A program made the position numbers and the translations under genes. This document shows positions 43,569 to 53,199 of a stretch of 64,000 bases of DNA, piece by piece. The notes under the pieces were generated by a model. The model saw only the letters and a list, made by a program, of their open reading frames with translations. It searched no databases and had not been told where the DNA came from. Numbering within the stretch: position 1 is the stretch's first letter; the number at the start of each line of letters is the position of its first letter. The DNA comes from Prevotella sp. (GTDB lineage Bacteria > Bacteroidota > Bacteroidia > Bacteroidales > Bacteroidaceae), in NCBI GenBank assembly GCA_022775105.1, contig JALFIX010000141.1, positions 7,614 to 71,613 on the forward strand, given 5' to 3'.

Positions 43569-45038
43569 ATGAATGCTATTAAGACAAAGACAATGACCAA
43601 CTTCAGATGGGTCATGTGTGCACTGCTGTTCGTAGCAACAACAGTCAATTATCTGGACCGACAGGTGCTTTCATTGACATGGAAGGACTTCATCGCTCCT
43701 GAGTTTCATTGGACCGACGACAACTACGGAACCATCACAGCCGTATTCTCCATCGTCTATGCAGCATGTATGCTTTTCGCTGGAAAGTTCGTTGACTTCA
43801 TGGGTACCAAGAAAGGTTATCTGTGGGCCATCGGTGTATGGTCGGCAGGTGCAGTAGCCCATGCCCTTTGTGGCTGGCTGACAGTACAGTTGGAGGGGTA
43901 TGCATCTGTAGCAGACATGGCAGCCGTAGAAACCGGAAGTGCCGCCGCCCTTCTTATAGCCACCACCAGTGTATGGCTTTTCGTGGCAGCCCGCTGTGTT
44001 CTTGCCCTTGGTGAGGCAGGCAACTTCCCCGCCGCCATCAAAGTTACGGCAGAGTATTTCCCCAAGAAGGACCGTGCTTTCGCGACATCAATATTCAATG
44101 CCGGTGCATCTGTTGGTGCGCTTGCCGCTCCTGCCACCATTCCATTGCTTGCACAGTATTTCAAGGACCTCGGCATCGGTGGAGGTTGGGAAATGGCATT
44201 CGTCATCATTGGTGGACTTGGATTCATCTGGATGGGATTCTGGGTATTCCTCTATGAGAAGCCCGAGAAGTCAAAGCATGTGAACGGTGCAGAGCTTGTA
44301 TATATCCATCAGGACGACGAGACTCCTGCTGCAGAAACCAAGACAGAGGAGAACGAGCCGCAGATCTCATTCCTGCGTTGCTTCACCTTCCGTCAGACAT
44401 GGTCGTTCATCACAGGTAAGTTCTTCACCGACGGTGTTTGGTGGTTCTATCTGTTCTGGGCACCAGCATATTTCTCTGACCAGTATGGCTACAAGTCAAG
44501 TTCGTCAGAGGCTATCATGCTTATCTTCACCCTCTATGCTATCGTGACAGTATTGTCAATTTATGGTGGTTATCTGCCCAAGCTCTTCGTGGAGAAGAAA
44601 GGTATGAATCCATATAGCGGTCGAATGTTGTCGATGCTCATCTTCGCATTCTTCCCGTTGCTCGCCCTCTTTGCCCAGCCATTGGGTGCTTATTCAGCAT
44701 GGTGGCCAGCCATCATCATCGGATTGGCAGGAGCAGGACACCAGGCATGGTCAGCCAACCTGTTCTCAACCATCGGTGACATGTTCCCGAAGTCAACAAT
44801 CGCCACCATCACAGGTATTGGCGGTATGGCAGGAGGTATCGGTTCGTTCCTCATCAACAAGGGAGCGGGTGCGCTCTTCACCTACAGTGAGGCACAGGGC
44901 ACAGCCTTCTCGTTCCTCGGTTTCGATGGAAAGGAAGCCGGCTATATGATAATCTTCTGCATCTGTGCCGTGGCATACCTTGTGGGATGGGTAATCATGA
45001 AGGCGCTTGTGCCGAAGTACAAGCCTGTTGTAGCGTAA
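43569..45038 (+). CDS. MFS transporter, hexuronate/anionic-sugar (ExuT-like, ACS subfamily)
   Basis: 489 aa; ..FRWVMCALLFVATTVNYLDRQVLS.. N-terminal signature and 12 predicted TM segments. Confidence 0.8.
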   Translation: MNAIKTKTMTNFRWVMCALLFVATTVNYLDRQVLSLTWKDFIAPEFHWTDDNYGTITAVFSIVYAACMLFAGKFVDFMGTKKGYLWAIGVWSAGAVAHALCGWLTVQLEGYASVADMAAVETGSAAALLIATTSVWLFVAARCVLALGEAGNFPAAIKVTAEYFPKKDRAFATSIFNAGASVGALAAPATIPLLAQYFKDLGIGGGWEMAFVIIGGLGFIWMGFWVFLYEKPEKSKHVNGAELVYIHQDDETPAAETKTEENEPQISFLRCFTFRQTWSFITGKFFTDGVWWFYLFWAPAYFSDQYGYKSSSSEAIMLIFTLYAIVTVLSIYGGYLPKLFVEKKGMNPYSGRMLSMLIFAFFPLLALFAQPLGAYSAWWPAIIIGLAGAGHQAWSANLFSTIGDMFPKSTIATITGIGGMAGGIGSFLINKGAGALFTYSEAQGTAFSFLGFDGKEAGYMIIFCICAVAYLVGWVIMKALVPKYKPVVA

Positions 45039-45058
45039 AAAAGACCTACCTAATATAG

Positions 45059-45117
45059 AAATCCGTGAAAGCAGTGATATTAGCTAAGATAGTATCACTG
45101 ACTTTCACGGATTTTTT
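45059..45117 (+). terminator. Long-stem terminator after the MFS transporter
   Basis: AAATCCGTGAAAGCAGTGATA ... TATCACTGACTTTCACGGATTT (about 21 bp, one bulge) followed by TTTT. Confidence 0.7.
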
Positions 45118-45195
45118 GTACCTTTAGATAAGATAGGCTGCATCTCGGAAATAAAAAAAAATCATTTTTTATTTTGTATTTCTCTCGATTTGCAC

Positions 45196-45203
45196 TATCT
45201 TTG
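45196..45203 (+). promoter_or_regulatory. -7 box TAtcTTTG upstream of the GH36 gene
   Basis: TAnnTTTGCACCC, the same extended context as rpsO and SusC1; 34 nt upstream of ATG 45237. Confidence 0.55.
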
Positions 45204-45236
45204 CACCCGAGATTAATAACCTAAAAATATAAAGAA

Positions 45237-47447
45237 ATGAAGAAAAGAAAGATTACACTATTCATTAGCTCTTGCCTCATGGCTTTAGGGACCATGGCAG
45301 AGAACGTGTGCATCTCGACATCGACATCGTCACTCGTGGTGGATGCAACAAAGGGAAAGGAACTTAAATTCGTGTATTACGGGGCAAAGCTCTCGGCAAC
45401 CGACCTGAAGACAGTGGGCGAGTTTGATATCAACGGAGGTGGATACACCAACTTCGCAGCATATCCGACATACGGATTCAACTGCGACAAGGAGTATGCC
45501 CTATCAGTCGTTCATGCCAATGGAGACATGGCATTGCAGCTTGTCCTTGAGGACGTGGAGAAACGTGACGGCGGTGTCACGGTCTTCAAGATGAAAGACA
45601 AAATCCAGCCCTTCTATGTAAATGTGTGTTATCGCGTGCGTCCTGAGTCGGAGATAATAGAGACATGGACAGAGATAACCAATCAAGAGAAGAAGACAGT
45701 GAGACTGACACGCTTTGACTCCGGCAGCCTTCTGATACGCCGTGGCAATGTGTGGGTGTCACATCTCTATGGCTCATGGGCTAATGAGGGAATGTTGTGC
45801 GAGGAACCGCTCAATGCCGGAATGTTGGTGATAGAGAACAAGGACGGAGTGCGCAACTCGCATACATCCCACGGCGAGATAATGATTTCGCTCGACGGAA
45901 AACCACGCGAGAACTCAGGTGACGTGATAGGTGCAGCCATCTGCTATACAGGTAATTATAAGTTGCGCCTTAATACCCACGACGATGAGTTCCATCAGCT
46001 CTTCGCCGGTATCAACGAGGAGGCATCCGAATATCAGCTTGCCAAGGGAGAGACCTTCACCACACCAGTGCTTGCCCTTACCTTCAGCCGTGAGGGACTG
46101 AGCGGAGCATCGCGCAATTTCCACAAGTGGGGCAGAAAGTATATGCTTGCCCACGGCAATAAGGTGCGCGACATACTGCTCAACAGTTGGGAAGGTGTTT
46201 ATTTCGATATAAATGAGCAGGGCATGGACCAGATGATGTCCGACATTTCATCCATGGGAGGCGAACTCTTCGTGATGGACGACGGATGGTTTGGCGACAA
46301 GTATCCACGCAAGACCGACAACTCGTCGCTCGGCGACTGGATGGTGGATAAGAACAAACTGCCCAACGGAGTGCCGGGACTGGTGAAAAATGCCAAGAAG
46401 CATGGAATAAAGTTCGGTATATGGATTGAGCCGGAGATGACCAACAGTGTGAGTGAGCTTTACGAGCAGCACCCCGACTGGGTGGTGAAAGCCCCCGGAC
46501 GAGACTTGCAGATGGGACGCGGCGGCACGCAGTTGGTACTCGACATGGGCAATCCCAAGGTGCAGGACTTCGTGGTGTCGGTAGTGGATAATCTCATGAA
46601 GGAAAATCCCGACCTTTACTATATCAAGTGGGATGCCAACATGAACATAAGCAACCATGGTTCGCAGTACTTGACAATGGACAAGCAGAGTCATCTGTTG
46701 GTGGAATATCACCGTGGATTGGAGAAGGCATTGAAGAGAATACGCGAGAAATATCCTGATCTCGTTATCCAGGACTGTGCATCAGGAGGCGGACGCGCCA
46801 ATTGGGGCTATATGCCATACTTCGACGAGTTCTGGGTGAGCGACAACACCGATGCCCTTCAGAGAGTGTATATGCAGTGGGGCACAAGCTATTTCTTCCC
46901 AGCTCAGGTGATGGCATCGCATATCAGTGCAGCCCCCAACCACCAAACCCAGCGTGTGATACCATTGAAATACCGCATCGACGTGGCAATGAGCGGACGA
47001 CTCGGTATGGAGATACAGCCCAAGAACATGACCGACGAGGAAAAGGCTCTGTGCAAGAAAGCCATAGCCGAATACAAGACGATTCGCCCGATAGTGCAGA
47101 TGGGAAATATCTATCGTCTTGTGTCGCCATACGACAAGCAGGGAGTGGCATCGCTGATGTATGTGGATGACGCCAAGCAGAAGGCTGTGTTCTATTGGTG
47201 GAAGACCGAAACCTTCGTCAACCAGCATCTGCCGAGAGTGAAGATGGCAGGACTTGATGCCAACAAGAAATACCGCATACACGAGCTTAACCGCATCGAC
47301 AACGAGCCGCTTGCCTTTGAGGGAAAGATTTTTTCCGGAGCTTATCTGATGGCAAATGGATTGGAGATACCTTATACGCATAATGTCGATCATCATAAGA
47401 AGACGGCTTGGGCGAGCAGGGTGATTTTGATTGAGGAGGTTTTGTAG
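45237..47447 (+). CDS. Alpha-galactosidase, glycoside hydrolase family 36
   Basis: 736 aa; FVMDDGWFGDKYPRKTDNSSLGDW, YIKWDANMNI and QDCASGGGRANWG blocks characteristic of GH36. Confidence 0.88.
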   Translation: MKKRKITLFISSCLMALGTMAENVCISTSTSSLVVDATKGKELKFVYYGAKLSATDLKTVGEFDINGGGYTNFAAYPTYGFNCDKEYALSVVHANGDMALQLVLEDVEKRDGGVTVFKMKDKIQPFYVNVCYRVRPESEIIETWTEITNQEKKTVRLTRFDSGSLLIRRGNVWVSHLYGSWANEGMLCEEPLNAGMLVIENKDGVRNSHTSHGEIMISLDGKPRENSGDVIGAAICYTGNYKLRLNTHDDEFHQLFAGINEEASEYQLAKGETFTTPVLALTFSREGLSGASRNFHKWGRKYMLAHGNKVRDILLNSWEGVYFDINEQGMDQMMSDISSMGGELFVMDDGWFGDKYPRKTDNSSLGDWMVDKNKLPNGVPGLVKNAKKHGIKFGIWIEPEMTNSVSELYEQHPDWVVKAPGRDLQMGRGGTQLVLDMGNPKVQDFVVSVVDNLMKENPDLYYIKWDANMNISNHGSQYLTMDKQSHLLVEYHRGLEKALKRIREKYPDLVIQDCASGGGRANWGYMPYFDEFWVSDNTDALQRVYMQWGTSYFFPAQVMASHISAAPNHQTQRVIPLKYRIDVAMSGRLGMEIQPKNMTDEEKALCKKAIAEYKTIRPIVQMGNIYRLVSPYDKQGVASLMYVDDAKQKAVFYWWKTETFVNQHLPRVKMAGLDANKKYRIHELNRIDNEPLAFEGKIFSGAYLMANGLEIPYTHNVDHHKKTAWASRVILIEEVL

Positions 47448-47465
47448 GTTTTTGTAGGTTTTTTG
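47437..47465 (+). repeat. AGGTTTTG TAGGTTTTTG TAGGTTTTTTG array spanning the GH36 stop
   Basis: Same TAGGTTTTG word as at 40734 and 6321. TAG 47445-47447 is the GH36 stop. Confidence 0.7.
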
Positions 47466-47498
47466 AAAAAGGTCTCCTTTTTGGGGAGACCTTTTTTT
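47466..47498. terminator. Bidirectional terminator between GH36 and the convergent MerR gene
   Basis: AAAAAGGTCTCC-TTTTTGG-GGAGACCTTTTTTT: A-run, 7-bp GC-rich stem, T-run. Confidence 0.7.
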
Positions 47499-47847
47499 AA
47501 ATTATTGCGTCGAGCTGCTTCTTCATCAGTTGCAGCTCGTCGCGTATTTCTATCAGCTTGCTTAGCACCTCGGCGGTCTTGTCGGCACCGGTGCGGTTGG
47601 CATTGATGATTTTTTTCGCGGCTGCAATCTTGAAACCACGCACTTTGACAAGGTTGTATATAAGCTGAATCTGCTCAATATCCTTGTCCGAATATTGTCT
47701 CACCTTACCCGCTCCGCGGGTCTTCGGCTTCAGATACGGGAACTCCTGTTCCCAGTATCTAAGTGTACTCTCATTTATGCCAAATTTTTGCGCAACTTCG
47801 GCAATTGAGTAGTATAACTTCAAGTTTTTATCCAAATTTAATGACAT
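47497..47847 (-). CDS. MerR-family transcriptional regulator
   Basis: 116 aa; [28 protein letters not shown] followed by a coiled-coil tail. Confidence 0.85.
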   Translation of the reverse strand: MSLNLDKNLKLYYSIAEVAQKFGINESTLRYWEQEFPYLKPKTRGAGKVRQYSDKDIEQIQLIYNLVKVRGFKIAAAKKIINANRTGADKTAEVLSKLIEIRDELQLMKKQLDAII

Positions 47848-47885
47848 ATTTCACTTTTTTTTCTATTCATTTCCAAAAACATTTG

Positions 47886-47893
47886 CAAATATA
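47886..47893 (-). promoter_or_regulatory. -7 box TAtaTTTG (minus strand) upstream of the MerR gene
   Basis: Plus strand reads CAAATATA; 39 nt upstream of ATG 47847. Confidence 0.45.
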
Positions 47894-47905
47894 CGCAAAA
47901 TAAAC

Positions 47906-47913
47906 TATCTTTG
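47906..47913 (+). promoter_or_regulatory. -7 box TAtcTTTG upstream of alaS
   Basis: TAnnTTTGCA match 44 nt upstream of ATG 47957. Confidence 0.55.
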
Positions 47914-47956
47914 CAACAATTTTCAGAGAAAAATTGAAATAAAACATAAAAAAGAC

Positions 47957-50572
47957 ATGATGACAGCAAATGAAATCCGCGATTCGTTCAAGAATTACTT
48001 CGAATCGAAAGGACATGCAATCGTACCGTCTGCTCCTATGGTAATCAAGGACGACCCTACGTTGATGTTCACTAATGCTGGTATGAACCAGTGGAAAGAC
48101 GTTATCCTCGGCACACGTGACCCGGAGCCACGCCGCCGTGCAGATTCACAGAAGTGCCTCCGTGTAAGCGGTAAGCACAACGACCTCGAAGAGGTTGGAC
48201 ACGACACTTATCACCACACCATGTTCGAGATGCTCGGCAACTGGAGTTTCGGTGATTACTTCAAGGAAGGTGCCATCGACATGGCATGGGAATATCTTGT
48301 GGATGTATTGAAACTCGACCCCAAGGACCTTTACGTTACAGTATTTGAAGGCTCTGAGGAGGAAAACCTCGTGCGCGACGATGAGGCTGCCTCTTATTGG
48401 GCTAAGCATGTGCCTGCCGACCATATCATCAACGGCAACAAGCACGACAACTTCTGGGAGATGGGCGACACGGGACCCTGTGGACCTTGCTCGGAGATTC
48501 ACCTCGACTCACGCACTCCCGAGGAGAAGGCAAAAGTGCCCGGACGCGAACTCGTCAACAAGGATGACCCCCAGGTAATCGAGATTTGGAATATCGTGTT
48601 CATGCAGTTTAACCGCAAGGCTGACGGCTCGCTCGAACCGCTCTCGATGAACGTTATCGACACCGGTATGGGATTCGAGCGTCTTGTACGCGCCATGCAG
48701 GGCAAGCACTCCAATTATGACACCGACATCTTCCAACCCATCATCAAGGAGATTTCACGTCTCTCGGGCAAGCAGTATGGCGAGAAGGAAGAGACCGACG
48801 TGGCAATGCGCGTTATCGCCGACCACCTGCGTGCCGTATCGTTCTCCATTGCCGACGGTCAGTTGCCAAGCAATGCCAAGGCAGGATATGTCATCCGCCG
48901 CATCCTTCGCCGTGCCGTGCGCTATGCCTACACCTTCCTCGACCAGAAGGAATCCTTCATGTATAAGCTCTTGCCCGTGTTCATCGGCGAGATGGGCGGT
49001 GCCTATCCCGAACTTGTGGCACAGCGCGAACTCATCGGTCGCGTGATGAAGGAAGAGGAAGACTCGTTCCTCCGTACACTCGACAAGGGTATCAACCTTC
49101 TCAACCAGGCAATGGACGAGTTGAAGGCCAACGGCAAGACCGTGCTCGACGGTGCCCAGGCATTCCGCATGTTCGACACCTACGGCTTCCCCCTCGACCT
49201 CACCGAACTCATCTGCCGCGAAAACGGATATACTGTGGATGAGGCTGGATTCAACGTTGAGATGGAGAAGCAGAAGGCACGCGCCCGCAATGCCGCTGCC
49301 GTGGAGAATGGCGACTGGGAGATATTGCAGGAAGGCGAACAGCATTTCCAGGGATATGACTACACCGAATATGAGTGCCATATCCTAAGATATAGAAAGG
49401 TGACACAAAAGAAACAAAGTTTCTTTGAACTTGTCCTCGACAACACCCCGTTCTATGGCGAGATGGGAGGACAGGTGGGCGACCGCGGCGTGCTCGTCAG
49501 CGAGAACGAGACCGTGGAGATTATCGATACCAAGCGCGAGAACAACCAGAGCATACATATAGTGAAGCAGTTGCCGAAAGACCCGACAGCCGACTTCATG
49601 GCATGTGTGGATGTTGACAAGCGCAACGCCTGTGCCGCCAACCATACCGCCACCCACTTGCTCGACTATGCCCTCAAGCAGGTATTAGGCGACCACGTAG
49701 AGCAGAAGGGCTCGTATGTAAGTCCCGACACCTTGCGCTTCGACTTCTCACATTTCCAGAAGGTTACCGACGAGGAACTTCGTCAGGTGGAGCGTATGGT
49801 CAACTCGATGATCCGCGAGGACTTGCCTCTCGACGAGCATCGCGACACACCTATAGAGGAAGCCAAGAAACTTGGTGCCATCGCCCTCTTTGGCGAGAAG
49901 TATGGCGACAAGGTGCGCGTCGTTCGTTTCGGTCCTTCATGTGAGTTCTGCGGTGGTATTCATGCCTCATCCACAGGTCGCATCGGCATGTTCAAGATAA
50001 TCTCCGAGAGCAGTGTTGCCGCCGGCATCCGCCGTGTTGAGGCAAAGACAGGCATCGAGTGCGAGGAGATGATGTATGCCCTTGAGGATAGTATCAAGGC
50101 CATACGTTCATTATTCAACAATGCCAAGGACCTGCGTGGAGTAATCCAGAAGTATATCGAGGAGCACGACACGATGAAGAAGAGCATCGAGGCATTCCAG
50201 GCACAGGCCGTTGAGCGTGCCAAGGCTTCGTTGGTAGAGAAGGCCCGCATCGTCAACGGTGTCACCGTGGCATCTGCCGTTCTTCCCATCTCCGCCCAGG
50301 CTGCCAAGGACCTTGCCTTCAAGGTTCGCGAGGCAATCGGCGAGAATCTGCTCTGCGTCATCGGTAGTGTAGAGGCAGGCAAGCCGATGCTCACCGTGAT
50401 GATGAGCGAGGATGTCGTTAAGGAACACAATCTCAATGCCGGTCAGCTCGTGCGCGAGGCAGCCAAACTGATACAGGGAGGCGGTGGCGGTCAGCCACAC
50501 TTCGCCACTGCGGGAGGAAAGAATCCCGATGGACTAAGTGCCGCTGTCGATGCGATTATCGCGAAGCTGTGA
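47957..50572 (+). CDS. alaS: Alanine--tRNA ligase
   Basis: 871 aa; [29 protein letters not shown], editing-domain HTATHLL, and DHHA1 tail [14 protein letters not shown]. Confidence 0.96.
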   Translation: MMTANEIRDSFKNYFESKGHAIVPSAPMVIKDDPTLMFTNAGMNQWKDVILGTRDPEPRRRADSQKCLRVSGKHNDLEEVGHDTYHHTMFEMLGNWSFGDYFKEGAIDMAWEYLVDVLKLDPKDLYVTVFEGSEEENLVRDDEAASYWAKHVPADHIINGNKHDNFWEMGDTGPCGPCSEIHLDSRTPEEKAKVPGRELVNKDDPQVIEIWNIVFMQFNRKADGSLEPLSMNVIDTGMGFERLVRAMQGKHSNYDTDIFQPIIKEISRLSGKQYGEKEETDVAMRVIADHLRAVSFSIADGQLPSNAKAGYVIRRILRRAVRYAYTFLDQKESFMYKLLPVFIGEMGGAYPELVAQRELIGRVMKEEEDSFLRTLDKGINLLNQAMDELKANGKTVLDGAQAFRMFDTYGFPLDLTELICRENGYTVDEAGFNVEMEKQKARARNAAAVENGDWEILQEGEQHFQGYDYTEYECHILRYRKVTQKKQSFFELVLDNTPFYGEMGGQVGDRGVLVSENETVEIIDTKRENNQSIHIVKQLPKDPTADFMACVDVDKRNACAANHTATHLLDYALKQVLGDHVEQKGSYVSPDTLRFDFSHFQKVTDEELRQVERMVNSMIREDLPLDEHRDTPIEEAKKLGAIALFGEKYGDKVRVVRFGPSCEFCGGIHASSTGRIGMFKIISESSVAAGIRRVEAKTGIECEEMMYALEDSIKAIRSLFNNAKDLRGVIQKYIEEHDTMKKSIEAFQAQAVERAKASLVEKARIVNGVTVASAVLPISAQAAKDLAFKVREAIGENLLCVIGSVEAGKPMLTVMMSEDVVKEHNLNAGQLVREAAKLIQGGGGGQPHFATAGGKNPDGLSAAVDAIIAKL

Positions 50573-50592
50573 CGGCGTCGGATTGATAATTT

Positions 50593-50616
50593 AAACACAG
50601 AGACACGGAGATACGG
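50593..50616 (+). repeat. Solo arm AAACACAGAGACACGGAGATACGG followed by a T9 run, after alaS
   Basis: Same word family as 428-452. I found no inverted partner before the next element. Confidence 0.6.
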
Positions 50617-50626
50617 ATTTTTTTTT

Positions 50627-50799
50627 AAACACAAAGAAACAAAGGAACAAAGTTTTCTTTAGGTAGGAAGGTAACAAGCGACTTAAAAGTCGCCACGAAG
50701 CCTTGCGGGTAGAAAACTTTGTGGACTTTGTAAGCAGCTTTGCTGCTCATAGTATCTTCCGTTAGCGAAAAAAACTTTGTATCTTTGTGTCTTTGTGTT
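50627..50799 (+). repeat. 173-bp structured repeat element, copy A (candidate ncRNA / MITE-like element)
   Basis: 25-nt inverted arms (50627-50652 / 50775-50799) enclose an 87-bp core (50673-50759) shared with copy B. Internal hairpins are GCGACT-TAAA-AGTCGC, CCACGAAG..CTTTGTGG and GCAGC-TTT-GCTGC. Confidence 0.8.
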
Positions 50800-50847
50800 C
50801 AATAAATTAAATCAATAATAAAATAAAACTACTTAAAAAATAACGTT

Positions 50848-52914
50848 ATGAGAAAAACTATCTTAAAATCTCTGTTGCTGTCATTCCTTTGCATGGTGGC
50901 AACAGTAGTCTTCGCTGAAGAGAAGACTCCCGCCTTTCCCGGTGCCGAAGGTTTCGGACGCTACGTGACTGGCGGACGCGGCGGTAATGTCTATCACGTG
51001 ACATCACTCGTCGACGACGGTTCGGTGGGAACCCTCAGATGGGCACTCGGCAAGTCGGGTGCAAAGACTATCGTGTTCGATGTGTCGGGAACAATTCATC
51101 TCAAGTCAGCACTCAACATCTCCACAGGCAATGTCACCATAGCAGGACAAACCGCCCCCGGTGATGGTATCTGCGTGGCTGACTATCCAGTGGCTATAAA
51201 GGCCAACAACGTCATAGTGAGATATATGAGATTCCGATTGGGTAACAACAACGTGCTCGTCAATGGTGCCGACGGATGGGATGGTTTTGGGGGATTCGAC
51301 CAGCAGGACTGGATGATTGACCACTGCTCTGTGAGTTGGTCTATCGACGAGTGTCTCTCCGTGCTTGGTAACAAGAACACCACCGTGCAGTGGTGTCTCG
51401 TGGCTCAGAGCCTTGTTAACTCCGGACACTCCAAGGGTGCCCACGGCTATGGCGGCAACTGGGGTGGTAGCGGAGCCTCGTTCCACCATAATCTGATAGC
51501 CCACCACGGCAGCCGCACTCCGCGTCTTGGCCCGCGTCCCACTACACAGCTCGACGAGCGTATGGACATGCGCAACAATGTCATTTATAACTTCGGCGGC
51601 AACGGATGCTACGGCGGTGAGGGCATGAAAGTCAACATCGTAAACAATTACTACAAACCAGGACCAGGTACTCCCACCGACAAGAAGGGATACCGCATTG
51701 CAGGAGTGGGAATACGCACCAATGAATACGTGAATACCTATCCAGCCTATGCTCCCGCACTTCATCTATGGGGAAAATATTATGTAACAGGTAATTACAA
51801 CAGTAAATATACCACAGTTAACCAGGACAACTGGACATACGGAGTAATCAACCAGATTGATGCCAACAATTGCGACGGTACTTTCACTCAGGAGACCAAG
51901 GACTCCATTAAGCTCACTGAGCCTATTGATTATATCCTTACAACAACCCACTCAGCCGCAGATGCATACGCGAGAGTGCTCGACTTTGCCGGAGCAAGTC
52001 TTCACCGCGACAGCTTTGACGAGCTGATGGTAAGCGATGCCCGCAACAGTAAGGCTACATACACCGGCAGTGGATTGAGCAAGGGTTTTGTAAATTCACA
52101 GGACGACAACAAGCCCGCCGATGCAGACGAGACATGGAGCGCATGGCCTACACTAGCCTCCAGTGAAGCCCCGAAAGACACCGACGGCGACGGTATGCCC
52201 GACGAATGGGAGCTTGCCAATGCCCTCGACCCGACCAATCCCAACGACGGCAAGACCATTGGTGCCGACGGCTATTCAAATCTTGAAAACTATCTCAACT
52301 CGCTCGTTGCCGACATCACCACATCGCAAAACCTTGGTGGCGAACTTATGGGAAGCACTGTGGAAGAGATAGAGGTGCCTGTGACATCAACACTTGACAT
52401 CACCCCCGAGACTGCCAACGGCGACTGGACATTCTCAAATGGTTGCAGCATCACCATGTCAACTGCCAAGGGTTATTCCACAAGCAAGAACTGCGGAATA
52501 CAGAGTATTAAATATTCCAACAATGTCACATATACAATCCATCTGCCCGAGGGCGTTGCCGTGAGCAGCATTGATTTCCAGGGATTTACCAATGAGGATG
52601 GTGTGGATGGCTATCTCGCCCAACTTAATGGCAAGACCTTCAGTTCCTCTGATTATGTTTTCCCTTCAAGGACAGGCAATCAGGCTGTTTCGTATAATGT
52701 GAAGTTGGACACCCCCGCATCCGGCAGTGTCAGTGTCAAGTTCGTGAAGCAGGTGGGCATGAGAATGACTCTCAACACTGTATCCATCACAGGCATCATC
52801 CCCATAACCCTCGACGTTGATTCAGATTCCAGGACATTCAACCTCGGCGGTCAGCCCGCAGGCAAGAACTCCAAGGGAATTATTATTCAAAACGGCAAGA
52901 AAGTATATAAATAA
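50848..52914 (+). CDS. Pectate lyase (PL1-like) with TSP3-like calcium-binding repeat, extra beta-sandwich region and T9SS C-terminal sorting domain
   Basis: 688 aa; FPGAEGFGRYVTGGRGGNVYHVTSL, DWMIDHCSVSWSIDE and HHGSRTPRLG of PL1; DTDGDGMPDEWELANALDPTNPNDG; C-terminus RTFNLGGQPAGKNSKGIIIQNGKKVYK. Confidence 0.85.
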   Translation: MRKTILKSLLLSFLCMVATVVFAEEKTPAFPGAEGFGRYVTGGRGGNVYHVTSLVDDGSVGTLRWALGKSGAKTIVFDVSGTIHLKSALNISTGNVTIAGQTAPGDGICVADYPVAIKANNVIVRYMRFRLGNNNVLVNGADGWDGFGGFDQQDWMIDHCSVSWSIDECLSVLGNKNTTVQWCLVAQSLVNSGHSKGAHGYGGNWGGSGASFHHNLIAHHGSRTPRLGPRPTTQLDERMDMRNNVIYNFGGNGCYGGEGMKVNIVNNYYKPGPGTPTDKKGYRIAGVGIRTNEYVNTYPAYAPALHLWGKYYVTGNYNSKYTTVNQDNWTYGVINQIDANNCDGTFTQETKDSIKLTEPIDYILTTTHSAADAYARVLDFAGASLHRDSFDELMVSDARNSKATYTGSGLSKGFVNSQDDNKPADADETWSAWPTLASSEAPKDTDGDGMPDEWELANALDPTNPNDGKTIGADGYSNLENYLNSLVADITTSQNLGGELMGSTVEEIEVPVTSTLDITPETANGDWTFSNGCSITMSTAKGYSTSKNCGIQSIKYSNNVTYTIHLPEGVAVSSIDFQGFTNEDGVDGYLAQLNGKTFSSSDYVFPSRTGNQAVSYNVKLDTPASGSVSVKFVKQVGMRMTLNTVSITGIIPITLDVDSDSRTFNLGGQPAGKNSKGIIIQNGKKVYK

Positions 52915-52966
52915 ACAAGTATTGGAAGTAATTTTTAGTAACTATTCAGCTAATCCTATATATTAG

Positions 52967-53139
52967 AACACAAAGACACAAAGAAACGAAGATTATATTT
53001 TGATACAAAGACAACAAGCGACTTAAAAGTCGCCACAAAGGCTTGCAGTGGGAAAACTTTGTGGACTTTGTAAGCAGCTTTGCTGCTCATAGTATCTTCA
53101 AACAGCGAAAAATGCTTTGTTTCTTCGTGTCTTTGTGTT
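52967..53139 (+). repeat. 173-bp structured repeat element, copy B
   Basis: Same length and orientation as copy A. The core at 53013-53099 differs from copy A at 6 clustered positions. Arms are 52967-52990 / 53115-53139. Confidence 0.8.
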
Positions 53140-53199
53140 TAAAATTATACTAGCTGAATATTTACGTGGTTTAAATATTAGTATAAATAAAATTAAGAT

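Noticed and set aside
45118-45195. A/T palindrome (GAAATAAAAAAAAATCATTTTTTATTT) upstream of the GH36 promoter as an operator
   Set aside because: It is made almost entirely of A and T runs, so the apparent symmetry is expected by chance. There is no second copy or nearby regulator to support it.
50627-50799. tRNA-like or other known ncRNA (outer stem plus three hairpins resembles a cloverleaf)
   Set aside because: At ~173 nt it is far too long for a tRNA, it has no GTTCRANYC T-loop or other conserved tRNA positions, and I do not recognise it as RNase P, SRP, 6S or tmRNA. No tRNA or rRNA gene was found anywhere in the window.
50627-53139. Composite transposon carrying the PL1 gene between two repeat copies
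   Set aside because: The repeats are only 173 bp, encode no transposase (at most a 41-44-aa ORF), are in direct rather than inverted orientation, and no target-site duplication is evident. I kept the pair as a finding, but not as a mobile-element call.
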